Origin: Octopus vulgaris
Taxonomy: Eukaryota
DNA length: 64,000 nucleotides
Direction of reading: 5' to 3'
Assembly (NCBI GenBank): GCA_951406725.2
Contig: OX597814.1
Coordinates: forward strand, 220,782,001-220,846,000
Of this stretch, positions 25,780 through 38,649 are shown piece by piece. The number at the start of each line of letters is the position of its first letter. Positions within the stretch are counted from its first letter, which is position 1. The position numbers and the translations under genes are program-made. The notes beneath the pieces were generated by a model. That model did no database searches. It saw only the letters and a list, made by a program, of their open reading frames with translations, and was not told the origin of the DNA.

Positions 25780-27870
25780 CTTGCTAGGTATATTAGCCTA
25801 TTTGTACAAGAAATCCATTTTTTTTCTCTTTCTTTGTAGTAAAAATGTCAGTCACTTTTTCATAGAAATTGAAAGTAGGGGTCTCCATTTTGTTAAGTCT
25901 TTCCTTTTCAATGGATATTAAAGCAAGTAACGAAAAGTCTTTGATTTGTCATTCTGTTCCTAGTGTAGCTCTTAATTCTTTTCAAAGCAGAAAACGACCT
26001 CTCCACAGAAAAAAAGTTGTAGCAGGAATTGTCAAGATTAATTGCAGCAACTGCACAGCTTCGGGGAACGTTTAGGTCAGTTTATTTTCAAATATAAAAT
26101 CAAAATTTTTAACGGATTTATCTCGAAACACTTGTGCATTGTAAATTCCAGCTAAATCCGCTTTCAGTCTTATGATGTCGAAAAAGTTTCCATAGTTCTT
26201 TTCTAAACTTTCAAATGCATCCTTATCAACTTGACAAGCAAGATCTTGAAATTTATTTTCATGAACTAATGAAACGAACTTCAAGTTTTTGAAATCAGCA
26301 AGTCTTGTTCTTCAGTATGCCATCCAAAATTTCACCATATATTCCATTCTTTCTTCTTTAACTGAACCTTTCGTATGAGATTTTGATTTAGCTATTTTCT
26401 CTGCAACATTCTTCAAACTTTACATACAAATCCTCAAAATTTTTGCGTAGATCCATTAATCGTCTCAGTGCAGTATGAAATGTCTATCATTTTGGTTTCT
26501 AGGACATTAAAAAGAGTGTCAGTTTTAATGAAAATCTCATTCTAAACCACCAGAAAAAAGTATGTTGAATCTTTTGCTAGCCACTCATAAAACCCATTGC
26601 TTCTCACTAAAGTATCTGGATTCCACAACATAGAATTATTGTTCACACTGTTGAAGAGTTTGCAAAAGTCAACATGGTATTGGAAAATAGTCTGGATCAG
26701 TTTTGAATTCGAACCCCATCTCGTTGGTACTGCCTTTGGAATGCGTTTTCTCACTATCTCATCAAGAAGTTGCGTTCGTTTTGTAGAGTGATATAAAAAT
26801 GAGGTAGAGTGCCTCACTGCTCTTGAAAAAGCTTGTACATTCAGGTAGGAATTTTGTTGACTGAGATATAACAAGATTTATCTTATGAGCATAGTTGTAA
26901 ATAAATCTGCGGGTGTCTTTTCTCTTACTTTAACTAGAACACAATTTAAGTTGGATATTATCACTATTGCTCCATCGTACGTCTGTGCTACAAGTTTCTC
27001 ACGACAGTCTAAATTATTAAATACACACTCTGCTACACTCCCAATAATTCTTTTCTTAAGAATGTCAAATCCTATTAAAACTTTTTAGATATCAGAGTCC
27101 AACACGAACCTCTGTACTGATGAACACTGAGCTGTGCAAGAAATAGCAGTCGTTTCATCCACTGCTATGGCAATGAACGAATCTTATGCGACTTCTTTAA
27201 TATTATTTTCTACGATCGTGCTTACTACTTCTACTAAGTCATTTTGTATCTTATTAGAAAGGCCAAGAAAAACTGATGAATCCTGTAAATATTGTGTGCC
27301 AATTTGTCATCCAATTTTGTAGTATAATTTCAGTAACTCAACATAGTTTCCGCGACTTAATGATGATTTCTGTTCATTATTTCCCCGAAAAGCAAGTTCC
27401 TGTTTAATCAAGAAACAAATAACGCAAATCAATTTTTAAAAAATATATCGCTGTTCTCTTTAACCTTTTTATAGTGAACTTCAACGCTGACAGACTTCTG
27501 TTTAAGAGCAAGTCGATTCGCGTAGATCTAAATATTTTCAATGATATTTGGCTTCCATAATGTGCTGCTGATCGCTCGTGTTTTGGGCAAATTATTTAAA
27601 TCACAATATCCTTCTTTTACCCCCACACTTTCACTAGATACAGAAAATAGCAAACATGGGAAACAAAAGAGCCTTTTTGTTGTACTACAGCCGTACAACC
27701 ACTCTTTCTTGCCGTACTAAGCAGTTTGAAATGTTCTAATAATTGTTGTACCTTTCTGTTGTTTTAGGTCCATAAATTCTAGTGTTAGTCTACCATTTTT
27801 GTAATAATTTGTCTCTTTTCTTCATGATCTAGTTTTGTAGATGACTTAAGATAGTCACTATCCATTGCTG
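25780..27870 (-). pseudogene. Degenerate hAT transposase (ZMYM1-like/DUF4371 plus hAT dimerisation domain)
   Basis: Remnants WLYGC...LFCFPC, AFRGNNE..SSLSRGNYVELL, IAVDETT, AQTYDGA, PTRWGSNS, LILTIPATT..ERSFSALKRI; many stops and frameshifts. Confidence 0.85.
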
Positions 27871-28256
27871 GAAATGAGAAAAAATGTAAATAAGTAGAAA
27901 TGAGATAGAACTGAAAGAAAAACACACAAAAACTAAGTGAAACACAGGCGCGCGACTGAGCTGAAGGCAGATATACTTCTGCCTTTATAGCACGTAAAGA
28001 AATCAGTGCTGTAGGAGTGTACGCAGCACGTATACTACAGCAGTACTAAGCATAGCTTAAATACTGAGATTGAAAATCAGGGGTGAATTATGCCTGTTTA
28101 AACTACAAAGGAAAGAAGGAAAAAAATCTTGCATTTTATGTATCGTAATCAGAGTAACCTTCATAATTTTATTGAATTAGGTGCATATTTTGTATAAAAG
28201 GAAAATGTTGCTATCGATCTATTTCATTGACTACTTTGCATACCTAGACGGCTGAT

Positions 28257-28297
<41 letters not shown>

Positions 28298-28722
28298 GGA
28301 AAGTTCTGTATACATGTGGGATAGGTATATAAGAAAGAAAAAAAATGTAAAAGTCACAGAAAGTTTGTATAATAAAATTTATGGTGGTATTAGGAAATAT
28401 TATATCATTACATCATTACATCATTACAAATTAAATAAGTACCGGTTTCACGATCAACTTATATATAGAGAAAACTTTTTGGCTGTCGATAGGACGCCAT
28501 CTTTGAATAAAAAGCAGAGATGAAGCAATATGTCAAGGGCAGCAACTCTTATTTTTACATGAAGCTCTTCAGCGTTTTTGGTTGGTATACAGCTGCAGGA
28601 GTTATTTCATGTTACACACAGTTAATTATATTACCGTACTAGGTTTTAAAGATTAAGCAGTAATGTGTGAATGAGTGTATATGCATATATTTTATGCTAT
28701 AACATCTCATTTTCTCTCTTGC

Positions 28723-28831
<109 letters not shown>

Positions 28832-28899
28832 TTATATATATATATATATACATACACATATACATACACATATACATACACATACACACATAAGTGTGA

Positions 28900-30410
28900 A
28901 CAGTAATTTATACCTAAATTTGTGGTTGGCATACATATATAACTTTTTTGTATATGATGAAATTCCGTAATTGAATAAAATAAATCAGTCCAATAGAAAA
29001 TGAAAATGAACGATAACGCAATTTCCAAAGTATGAATACTTTCTCCATAAGAGTCATGTCAGACCTCTCATGACTCAGGTTTGAATATGAATGGGTGACC
29101 AGGAGTCAAGTAATTGACAATTAGTAATACAATTAAAATGGATTGGTGTTTAGTTCAGGTTTGTACTATTGGATGAAATATGTCTCTTTATTGAGTCGGG
29201 TTTGTGTAGAAGTCCAGTCAGTAAATTTATGTAGAGGAAAAATAATGAATTTAGGTTGTATTTGTTTCGTACATACGTCGAAACAAATACTGAGATAAAT
29301 TTGACGGTATTGTGGTGAGGCTATCTGTTGACGATGAACCGTACAACGTTGACAGATAGTATTCCCCGTGCTACCGATATAGTCTTTCTGGCAGCCCGAG
29401 CATCTGATTATGTAGATCAGATTTTTGGATGCACAAGTGAAATTTGATTTAATTATAAAGTGTTGCCCTTTTTTAATATAGTATTCTGACCCTTCCAAAA
29501 GGTTGGGGTATGTGCCTCAGTTGGGGCGATTACATTTTTTTTTACTTTGGGGCTGGTTGTGGAGGGGAATAATTTTGCATTAGTTAGCAGTTTCTTTGAT
29601 GACTTAGGTTGTTTGTTACTTTTGACAATTTTAATGTCACGTAAAATTCTTTTTAGTTTTGGGTCCTTGTGTAGTATTGGTAGGCATTGTATGATTGTTC
29701 TGAATTCTTCTTTGTTTCTGGGGTTGTATGTGGAAATATAGGGTAGTGTTTTAAGGAGAGGTTTCTTAATGTCTTTGTTTTTTCTTAATATCTCGGTGCT
29801 GATAGATTTGGCACGTTTTATTCCTTCATTAATGAGTTGGATTGGGTAGTGTCTATCCAGGAGGACGTTTTACAGTTCTTGTAGTCTTAAATCTCTAGTT
29901 TTTTTTCTCTGAGACAGTAGTGCAGATTCTTCTTGCAAGATTGAAGGGGATATTTGTTTTTGTGCATATAGGATGGCAAGAGCTAAAGAGAAGGTATTGG
30001 TTTGCATCTGTTGTTTTATAAAATATGTCTGTTTCGATTTTGTTGTTTGTTTTTTTTAATTGTAATGTCTATGAATGAAATTGCCTCCTGGTTGTATTCC
30101 ATGGTGAATTGAATGCTTGTGTGGATGCTGTTCAGAAGTGTTTTAAATTCTAGGAGTTTGTATAAGATACCTGGATAACTGTTTCATGAAACAGTCATCC
30201 AGGTATCTCTTCCAATTCTCTTTAATGTATTGGGCGAGAGGGTCTCCAAATTGTCGCAGTGAATTCTGATATATTTTCTTCTCTACGAATCCCATTGTGA
30301 GGTTGGCAATGGTAGGTTCTGCTCTCGTGCCCGTCGCAATTCCTGATATTTGGCGGTAGCAGTTGGTGTCAAAAATGAAATGATTATTCTAGAGAATAAA
30401 TTTAATCAAT
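28900..30410 (-). mobile_element. Penelope-like element: degenerate RT + GIY-YIG endonuclease + 3' end
   Basis: YRQISGIATGT..EPTIAN, WKRYLDDCF (~30185-30215), and GIY-YIG FTCASKNLIYIIRCSGCQKDYIGSTG..R...H (29166-29498), ending YKPELN. Confidence 0.9.
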
Positions 30411-30660
30411 CTAATCAGTTAAATTCATTCTCCAGAATAATCATTTCACCTGACAGTAAATCAAAACCATTTAATTCCAACATTTATTTATGTTTAACAA
30501 TTGAATCGATTTAATAAAAGCATCTTAATATGAAACATCGTGAAAATTGTTCAAACTAAAGTCCTTCTTGACCGACACATTTTTCCATTCGAGTCAATAT
30601 AGAATTACAGATAGTATTTATGGAAACTTGATTTACTATCGGATGGCTTTTGGGAAGCCC

Positions 30661-30736
<76 letters not shown>

Positions 30737-30988
30737 CAACAAATAAGGGTGAGAAAACTGGATACTAATTTAATAGTACATCCATTTAACACCAAGTGGC
30801 TTAGTGCATAAAAACCCGGAATACGATAAATTTTATACATAAATATAAGAGAGTAACCACTGTGTGGTCGACTCTAGCACTAAAAATAGATCCGCTAGGT
30901 TTCAGCCACAAAGAATTGTTTCGATGAAATTTAGCACGACTACTAGCGCAAACGAACAGGGCAAATAAAAATAACAAAAATGTAGATT

Positions 30989-31067
30989 AGTTCAGGACAA
31001 TTGTTTCGCTATTAATTAATTATGTAATTTTACTCACACAACATATCTGTAGCTCTTCAGCCGAACC
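30989..31067 (-). ncRNA. Minimal type-I hammerhead ribozyme (minus-strand copy)
   Basis: Reverse complement reads GGTTCGG CTGAAGA GCTA...TAGC GAAAC AATT GTC CTGAACT. Confidence 0.75.
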
Positions 31068-31216
31068 CGTCCAGAATACAATTTACTCAACCGCACGCTA
31101 GAGGGCTGTGGCAGGGGCACTTGAATTATAACAGCAAGTGCAATCGACTGAACCGCACCTGTGTTTGTCGTTATGGCAAAATCTAGCGTGCGGTTGAGTA
31201 AATTGTATTCTTGACG

Positions 31217-31295
31217 GGTTCGGCTGAAGAGCTACAGATATGTTGTGTGAGTAAAATTACATAATTTATTAATAGCGAAACAATTGTCCTGAACT
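31217..31295 (+). ncRNA. Minimal type-I hammerhead ribozyme
   Basis: Stem I GGTTCGG/CTGAACT, core CTGAAGA (31224-30), stem II GCTA/TAGC, GAAA (31277-80), palindromic stem III ACAATTGT, GTC cleavage triplet (after 31288). Confidence 0.78.
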
Positions 31296-31585
31296 AATCT
31301 GCATTTTTGTATTTTTTTTGCCCTGTTCGTTTGCGCTAGTAGTCGTGCTAACTTTCATCGGAAACAATTCTTTGTGGCTGAAACCTAGCGCATCTATTTT
31401 TAGTGCTAGAGTCGGCCACATAGTGGTTGCTCTCTTATATTTATATATATATATATGAATATATATATATATATTTATATATATATATATATATATATAT
31501 AAATTAGAAAAAACCCCACCTTTTATCAATTCAACAAGGAAAAATTAAATTACACCATTTAGAAAAATTACACAGACACACACAG

Positions 31586-31618
<33 letters not shown>

Positions 31619-31691
31619 ATATTTTGTGAAATTTGATTTAGTATTTCTAAATTGAATTTTTCCCTGTAAGTTTGGAATAATATTCCCTCAT

Positions 31692-31693
31692 AT

Positions 31694-31755
<62 letters not shown>

Positions 31756-31778
31756 ATACAACTACTACTACTACTACC

Positions 31779-31780
<2 letters not shown>
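31692..31780. repeat. (CTA)n microsatellite
   Basis: Direct reading. Confidence 0.9.
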
Positions 31781-31809
<29 letters not shown>

Positions 31810-31810
<1 letters not shown>

Positions 31811-32036
31811 TTCTTTACTACCCACAAGGGGCTAAACACAGAGAGGACAAACAAGGACAGACAAACGGATTAAATCGATTACATCAACCCCAGTGCGTAA
31901 CTGGTACTTAATATATCGACCCCGAAAGGATGAAAGGAAAAGTCACCTCGGCGGAATTTGAACTCAGAACGTAACGGCAGGCGAAATACTCCTTAGCATT
32001 TCACCCGGCGTGTTAACGTTTCTGGCAGCTCGCCAC
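31810..32036 (-). mobile_element. SINE family 3 with an alternative tail
   Basis: Same head and core as 16680-16872; different 3' tail. Confidence 0.75.
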
Positions 32037-32454
32037 CCATATATATATATAAATGGCTGCGTAGTTCGGCTGTGGAGTTATCAAGTATAGCAGAGCTACG
32101 TTGTTTGGCTCAGTCGAGGTCACCAGTTGCAACGGTTAAATGTAACAGTTGGTTTGTCGCGCTGGCCAGTTGTAACGCTTTGGTGTAACTAGTAGATTGG
32201 GGCAAATTGAGATGGGTAGCATTTGAAGAAGAACTATACGTTGCGGAGTCAATTGTTTCTGGATGTGGGAAATATATTGACGAACGGAATAGTTCATATT
32301 TATCCTAGATTTAATTCAACAGTGATAAAGTTTAACCTCGGCGAGTTGGAACTAAGTACAAATGTTAGTCAATTTTAATGGCGATTCTTGTGCAGCAGTT
32401 GTGGAAACTTGCGACTAAGCTGATGCGAATCTCGTGCGAAGTTGCCAGTCTGTA

Positions 32455-32512
<58 letters not shown>

Positions 32513-32592
32513 TATGTGAAAGCTAAGTCTTTAATTTTCCTGATGGTAGATATAAACTGTAAGCAAATAGGGGAAGAAAAGAGAGGGAAGGA

Positions 32593-32623
<31 letters not shown>

Positions 32624-33124
32624 TGTGTTAATTCATCATAAATTGCCGAGAAAAGTGGATGATTGTGTTTTTTTTTATATAGGTAACTTGAATTTATAGT
32701 TGCCCTAAAGTTGAACTAGGTCATTGACAATAGAATTTGATGAGATATCTAAATTGAATTCTGTATAACCTAAGATAGTGGAGAATTTGACAGGTTGAAA
32801 CTAATAAATTCTAACTTCAAATTCCAAGAACAATGGAAATTAACACGAAGACCGTAGTTTCGATTCTTGACTATAGATTCAGTGTGTATCTCCAACACAC
32901 ACATACACTTACATACACACACACTCTCAGACACATAGACGCGTATATACTCGAACATACACATTTACACTCGCACATGCTCGCACACGTACATACGAAG
33001 GAGGGAACAGACGAAAGTCGGTTACACGTTTGATTGGATTTACCTGCATTTCATAACAGTTTTTAATTCAGCAGCACATTACTTAGTTTCGCGGGCTTAG
33101 GACACGAAATAATAGCAATAACAC

Positions 33125-33162
<38 letters not shown>

Positions 33163-33177
33163 GTAATAATAATAATA

Positions 33178-33352
33178 ATCCTTTCTACTATAGGCACAAG
33201 GCCTGAAATTTTGTGAGAGAGGGATAGTCGATTACATCGACCCCAGTACTCGACTGTTATTAGTTTTACCGACCCCGAAAGAATGAAAGGCAAAATCAAC
33301 TTCGGCGGAATTTGAACTCATAACGTAGCGTTTCGTCCAAGCTCGCTGCCTT
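33178..33352 (-). mobile_element. SINE family 3 with (ATT)n tail
   Basis: Homology to 16680-16872. Confidence 0.75.
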
Positions 33353-33354
33353 AA

Positions 33355-33635
33355 TGATGATGACTTTTTTCCGAACGAAAATAAGGGATTTGCAGCATAT
33401 TAGGAGGTCAGGGTACTTGATTCAACGCAAAAAATCCGATTTTTTTTTTTTCTTTGTGAAAATCGTGCGGGTGTTACTCGAAAAATTTACCCGAGTTCTT
33501 TTACAGGGCTTAGAAAAACTGAAGGACTCCTGCAATAAGTATGTGAATTTGAGAGGGAAATATATTGAATTAAATCATAATTAACTGATCCTGATGCATT
33601 TTCTTTTTCCCAAGGTCAGGAACTTTTCATCCCCA
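33355..33635 (+). mobile_element. Mariner 3' fragment
   Basis: QGLEKLKDSCNKYVNLRGKYIE matches the mariner C-terminus, followed by TIR-like GGTCAGGAACTTTTCA. Confidence 0.6.
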
Positions 33636-34029
33636 GCCACACTTCTTAGAACCATGGTTCACTCGATAGTCAGTGGTTTTAAGCTAGCTACAAAAGGAGA
33701 CAAATGATTTTGCCACATGTTGCTATTTGCATGGATCCATATTTATTCTTAATAAGTTTCGGCAGATTTAAACGTAAATATTATCAGTTGGCGGATGTCG
33801 GCACAGATCAGCAAAGGGTTTGTTTCCTGACATCATAAATAAGTCCATCGGCTCTTGTCAGATTCGTTATTCCGGGTACTTCTTGTTGTGTGAAACTCAT
33901 GTCCAAACGCCGAAGACCCAGAATCCTTTGCACTAATGAAATATGTACACATATTTGTTGTGGAAGAGGATGTGTTCTCCTCTGACGACTACAACATCAA
34001 TTAACATATTTGAGTTCAAATCTGTCAGA

Positions 34030-34205
34030 ACGTATTAAGAATAAATATACAAGTTATTATAAATCCTCCACTGAAGATGGAGCCAGTTTCCAACAAAGAT
34101 ACAAGGCTCCATCTTTGGGATGTAGATAACATAGACAAATTCACTTCTGGAGCTTTAGAAAAGTCTTGCATATTTTTACTGTTTCACTCACAGATTGGAC
34201 TTGTA
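34030..34205 (-). mobile_element. R4/Dong-type LINE 3' end
   Basis: QVQSVSETVKICKTFLKLQK* plus 3' UTR homologous to 16045-16125. Confidence 0.65.
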
Positions 34206-34226
34206 ATGTCTATATGTCTCTATGTG

Positions 34227-34281
<55 letters not shown>

Positions 34282-35319
34282 TTATCTATTTATCTATACA
34301 TACATACATACATACATACATACATACATACATACATACTATATATATATAAATTTCATTTTGGGATTTTGTTTGCAAGATTCTTTATATGAGTTCGTGT
34401 GTTGAAGCATATTCTGTTGTGTCTGGGGAGAGTCGTGTGTTGGTGTGTTAAATAATAAGGCACTAAAAGAGAATGACTCTCCCCAGACACAACAGTATAT
34501 ATATATATACAAATAGATAGATAGATTTAGATTGATAGATAGATATGTATATATTGAAATATATCAATACAGATATAGTTATATATTATATACACACACG
34601 CACACACATACACGTATACACACATACACATGCACATGCACCCACTCGCATACACACATGTACACACACACGCACACATTTATGTATGCGGAATTCTAAA
34701 TAATAATATCCTTCTTTACACTTTTATTGATATTTCTATTCATTTCAAAAACAGACTACAATACTTATCTCTTGTATTTAGCAGTTTAAATAGAGCTTCC
34801 GCTTCACCGCTGCTTCATGCTACAAGCCACAATGTCCGGGGTTGGGAGACCTATCTGTATATGTTTAGAGTCACATAATTCGCTTTTCAGCCTTTTAGAA
34901 ATAGCAGTAAAATGTTCTGAAACCACACCCTGGCGTCTTACAAAATCTATTTTCGATAATGTAGTCCTGACTTCCATGCACTTATAACTGATAGTCACAA
35001 AAGAAAAAAAAATTGATTTCCTTGAATAACCGTTTTATTATTGCTTCAATTACACATCATTTTAAATAGATGGAGATATAAATATTTCAACCAAAATCGT
35101 ATAAAGTCATACATTCGAAATTTTGGCAAATATTAATGTCTTTATGTTCCTTCCTCATAATTATTGGTTACTATAATATTCGTTTATTACCGTGTATGTG
35201 TGTGTGTTTGTACGTGTGTGTGTGTGTATATAGCCCTAGGAGTCATAAGGCTGGTTACCCGGTTTTTATATTGTATACGTGACCGAGATTACATTTCCCT
35301 GAACGGGACGCCTATCCGT

Positions 35320-35525
35320 TGCAGGGTTCAAGGCTAGGAATTTTGAGGGTAAGGGGTAAATCAATAACATCAGCCACAATACTTAACTGATACTTCACTT
35401 CAACGACCTCGATGCGATGTAAGGCAAAGTTGGCCGAAGCAGGATTTGAACTCAGAATGTAAAAAAAAACCAGAAGTGCCGTTTAGTATTTAGTTCGACG
35501 TGATGACGATTCTGCTAGCTCACCT
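35320..35525 (-). mobile_element. Degenerate SINE family 3
   Basis: Core and head homology. Confidence 0.55.
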
Positions 35526-35597
35526 TATACGCCCCACCCCCACCACCCAGACGGAACGAACATTGAAAGTCGAACATTAGCAACTGAACAATAAAAA

Positions 35598-35988
35598 TCT
35601 ATACATATAAAACTGTAGTTGTGTGAGTGTCTGTCCCCTTCGATTTAGATTCCTAACTATTCCCACATTTTGCGGTGCAGTGTAACCAAAACCGGGTATC
35701 TTATAGTCGTGATTCATATCGAGCCCTTCTGGGTATTAGCGCATGTCTACGATGAGTCTACGATTTTAAAAATAATTTACCATCATTTTTTTCCATTTTA
35801 ATGCATTTTTTAAAGGGAAGTAACTCTCTAAAAATGTCTACGATGAGTCAACGACTTTTAAAAAAATTTACCATCATATTTTTTCCATTTTTAATGCATT
35901 TGTTTGCTATTTTTTGGCTATAACTCTCTAAAAATGCTGTATAGTTATTTCCCTTACAAAGCCGAGCAACGCCGGGCGATACTGCTAG
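35598..35988 (+). mobile_element. Non-autonomous Helitron, head type C, with internal duplication
   Basis: A|TCTATACATATAAAACTGTAG ... CCGAGCAACGCCGGG..CTAG|T; the TCTACGATGAGTC block occurs twice. Confidence 0.85.
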
Positions 35989-36049
35989 TATACAATAAAT
36001 TAAAAATAATATATAATAAATAACATATAAAAATAACATATATAATAGA

Positions 36050-36625
36050 TTAAAAATAACAAAACAAGCTTGATGCTCAGTAAAGGTGGAAAAAAGACTG
36101 GGCTTTTAACTTTTCGAGCATGGCTCTTCGTCAGGAAGAGGAGAAAGGAAAAGCCAAGAGAAGGGAAAAGTTCACGAACAGCACATGTGTAATTACATGG
36201 CTGAAGCATATATGTGTGTATATGTATATGTGCGCGCACGGTGTGTATGATTTCGATGTAGGAAAAAGAGTGTAACGTTCGATGTCAATAAATTGTTATC
36301 GTTCCTGGCCGTATACTGTCTACTTTTTGTTCTCTATACCTGCCACGGACAGTTTGAAGCTTACAGACTTCCTACACTTGGTTCCATAAGTTTTACCCTT
36401 ATATATCGTTGTATATATATATATATATATATATATTTAAAAAAGGAGATGTAGAACACGAGTTGTGATATATAAAAAAGGAAATGAAGAAAATGCTGAC
36501 AAAATAATTTGAGTAATTTAAGTAATTTAATTAGGTGAAAGTTCTTTTTACCGGTTGCGCATTTGTTATGCTTATCAAAAGTTTTTTCCTCTTATCTGAC
36601 TTTATGTTGGGTTTGCTGTCTCTTA
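36050..36625 (-). mobile_element. Two Penelope-terminus-like fragments with hammerhead-like motifs
   Basis: Reverse complement CTGACGA A GAGC-CAT-GCTC GAAA (36103-36140) and TTGATAA GCAT-AACAA-ATGC GCAA CCGG TA (36543-36585). Confidence 0.5.
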
Positions 36626-36657
36626 TATATATATATATAAAAACATATATGCATATG

Positions 36658-36715
<58 letters not shown>

Positions 36716-37196
36716 CACACACACATATACATATGTATATATTTATATATATAAATACATACATACATGTATAAATATATGTATATATATATATATACAC
36801 ACACATGCATGTATGTATGTATAAACATACACATACATGTGTTTGACTGTGGCTCTATGTGTATGTGTCTGCATGCATTGTAATTGGTGTGACATTGAAA
36901 GAGCAAAATATAGCTATTCTACGAATATCGATCGATAAAATGATTTCCAAACTAAATATAATTACATCACCGATATGATCGATTAGCCCCTTTTGCTTGG
37001 TGCTTAGCATGGCCAAAACTGAAACCAAAGGGAGAATTAATGTATACATATGTAAGTACGTATGTATGTATGTAAGTACGTATGTATGTATGTAAGTACG
37101 TATGTATGTATGTATGTATGTATGTATGTATGTATGTATGTATGTATGTATGTATGTATGTATGTATGTATGTATGTATGTATGTATGTATGTATG

Positions 37197-37227
<31 letters not shown>

Positions 37228-37425
37228 TGTATGTATGTATGTATGTATGTATGTATGTATGTATGTATGTATGTATGCATGTATGTATGCATGTATGTAT
37301 GTATGTATGTATGTATGTATGTATGTATGTATGTATGTATGCATGTATGCATGTATGTATGTATGTATGTATGTATGTATGTATGTATGTATGTATGTAT
37401 GTATGTATGTATGTATGTATGTATG

Positions 37426-38640
37426 TCATTATTCAGTTTATTTCAAGATTTCTTGCCAATAGAGAAAGAACCGGCTTCTAACCTAGATCCAGGGCTCCTT
37501 CATTGGAATTTCAACATCAACAGGGTATGTATGTATGTATGTATGTATGTATGTATGTATGTATGTATGTATGTATGTATGTATGTATGTATGTATGTAT
37601 GTATGTGCAGATTTGTATGTTTTATGTATGTCTTCTCATGCATACAGTTGCATATCCTGACATTCTCACATATATTTAAATGATAAACTTCTGGAAAGTT
37701 TTGCAGATTTTTACAGTTCCAATGATGGATTGGATCTGTTGTCTTCAAATTAGCTTCCTCCTTTCTGGTTTTGAGAAGTCTAAATTCTCAAGATTGGTAT
37801 TTAGGCAGTGTGTTACATATCCCGGGGCCCCAATAATTACAGGTATAAACCTGAACTTGTAATCTGGATAGAGTAACTACAGATTTCTCAATAGTTCAGC
37901 ATAGGCGTTCACTTTTTCACTGACCTTCATTCCGCTTTATGTTAACATTCGTTGGGTAGCTAATTTCCACAAATGTGCACAGTTTCTCTTCTCCATCCCA
38001 AATCATTATATCAGGTCTGTTGTGCTTACATTTTATTGAAATCTTCACTGGGATATTCCACCAGTATTCCTTTTCATAATGAATGGCTATGACTTCTACC
38101 ATATTGTGGGTTCTTATTTCTTTGTCTTCGTGATTATCCTTCTGATGAATTTCATTATCGAGTGTCCTAACTACAACATCATGACTCATCGGTAGATAAT
38201 ACTGTGATGACATTTTCAGATAACTGCTTATAATGTGGGTGATATCTTCAATGTGAACTCCACAAAGTCTGCATCGGTTGTGACATTTTACTGCTTTTCC
38301 TGCATCTCTATCCCTTTTGTGCATCAGGTACTTGGTTGATATTTCCTGTTTCTGGATTGCAAACGCATACTATTCAAAGTGGGAGGTAATACTCCGGCTA
38401 TTGGTCCATGATAAACTGGTTTGATGACAGATGTTACTATCATCACGGAGCTTTCTACTAACATATCTATGCATAGCCTTCTGCTCATATAGGCTCATCC
38501 TTTCATCTGATGATACGTTGCAGTAGAGTCGTGCGACTTCTTTGGGCTTGTATTCTCGGTTATCAGACAAAGAGTGTCGCTCAGGGAGCTGATTTCCAAG
38601 TCTTCTGATGTTATCAGCCTCATATATATGCTTATTATGT
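37426..38640 (-). mobile_element. R4/Dong-type non-LTR retrotransposon, 3' part (CCHC + restriction-like endonuclease)
   Basis: CRLCGVHIEDITHIISS...YYLPMSHD, WWNIP..IKCKHNRPDIMIWD..KLCTFVEISYP; 3' end abuts long (TACA)n at 37050-37425. Confidence 0.88.
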
Positions 38641-38649
38641 ACAACACCT

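Larger units (their letters stand above)
30736..31444. mobile_element. Fold-back element in (TA)n with ~263-bp inverted arms (30839-31102 / 31182-31444)
   Basis: Arms are near-perfect reverse complements; (TA)n on both sides. Confidence 0.85.

Noticed and set aside
25780-27870. Host ZMYM1-like gene
   Set aside because: Intronless with many stops and frameshifts; a dead hAT transposase.
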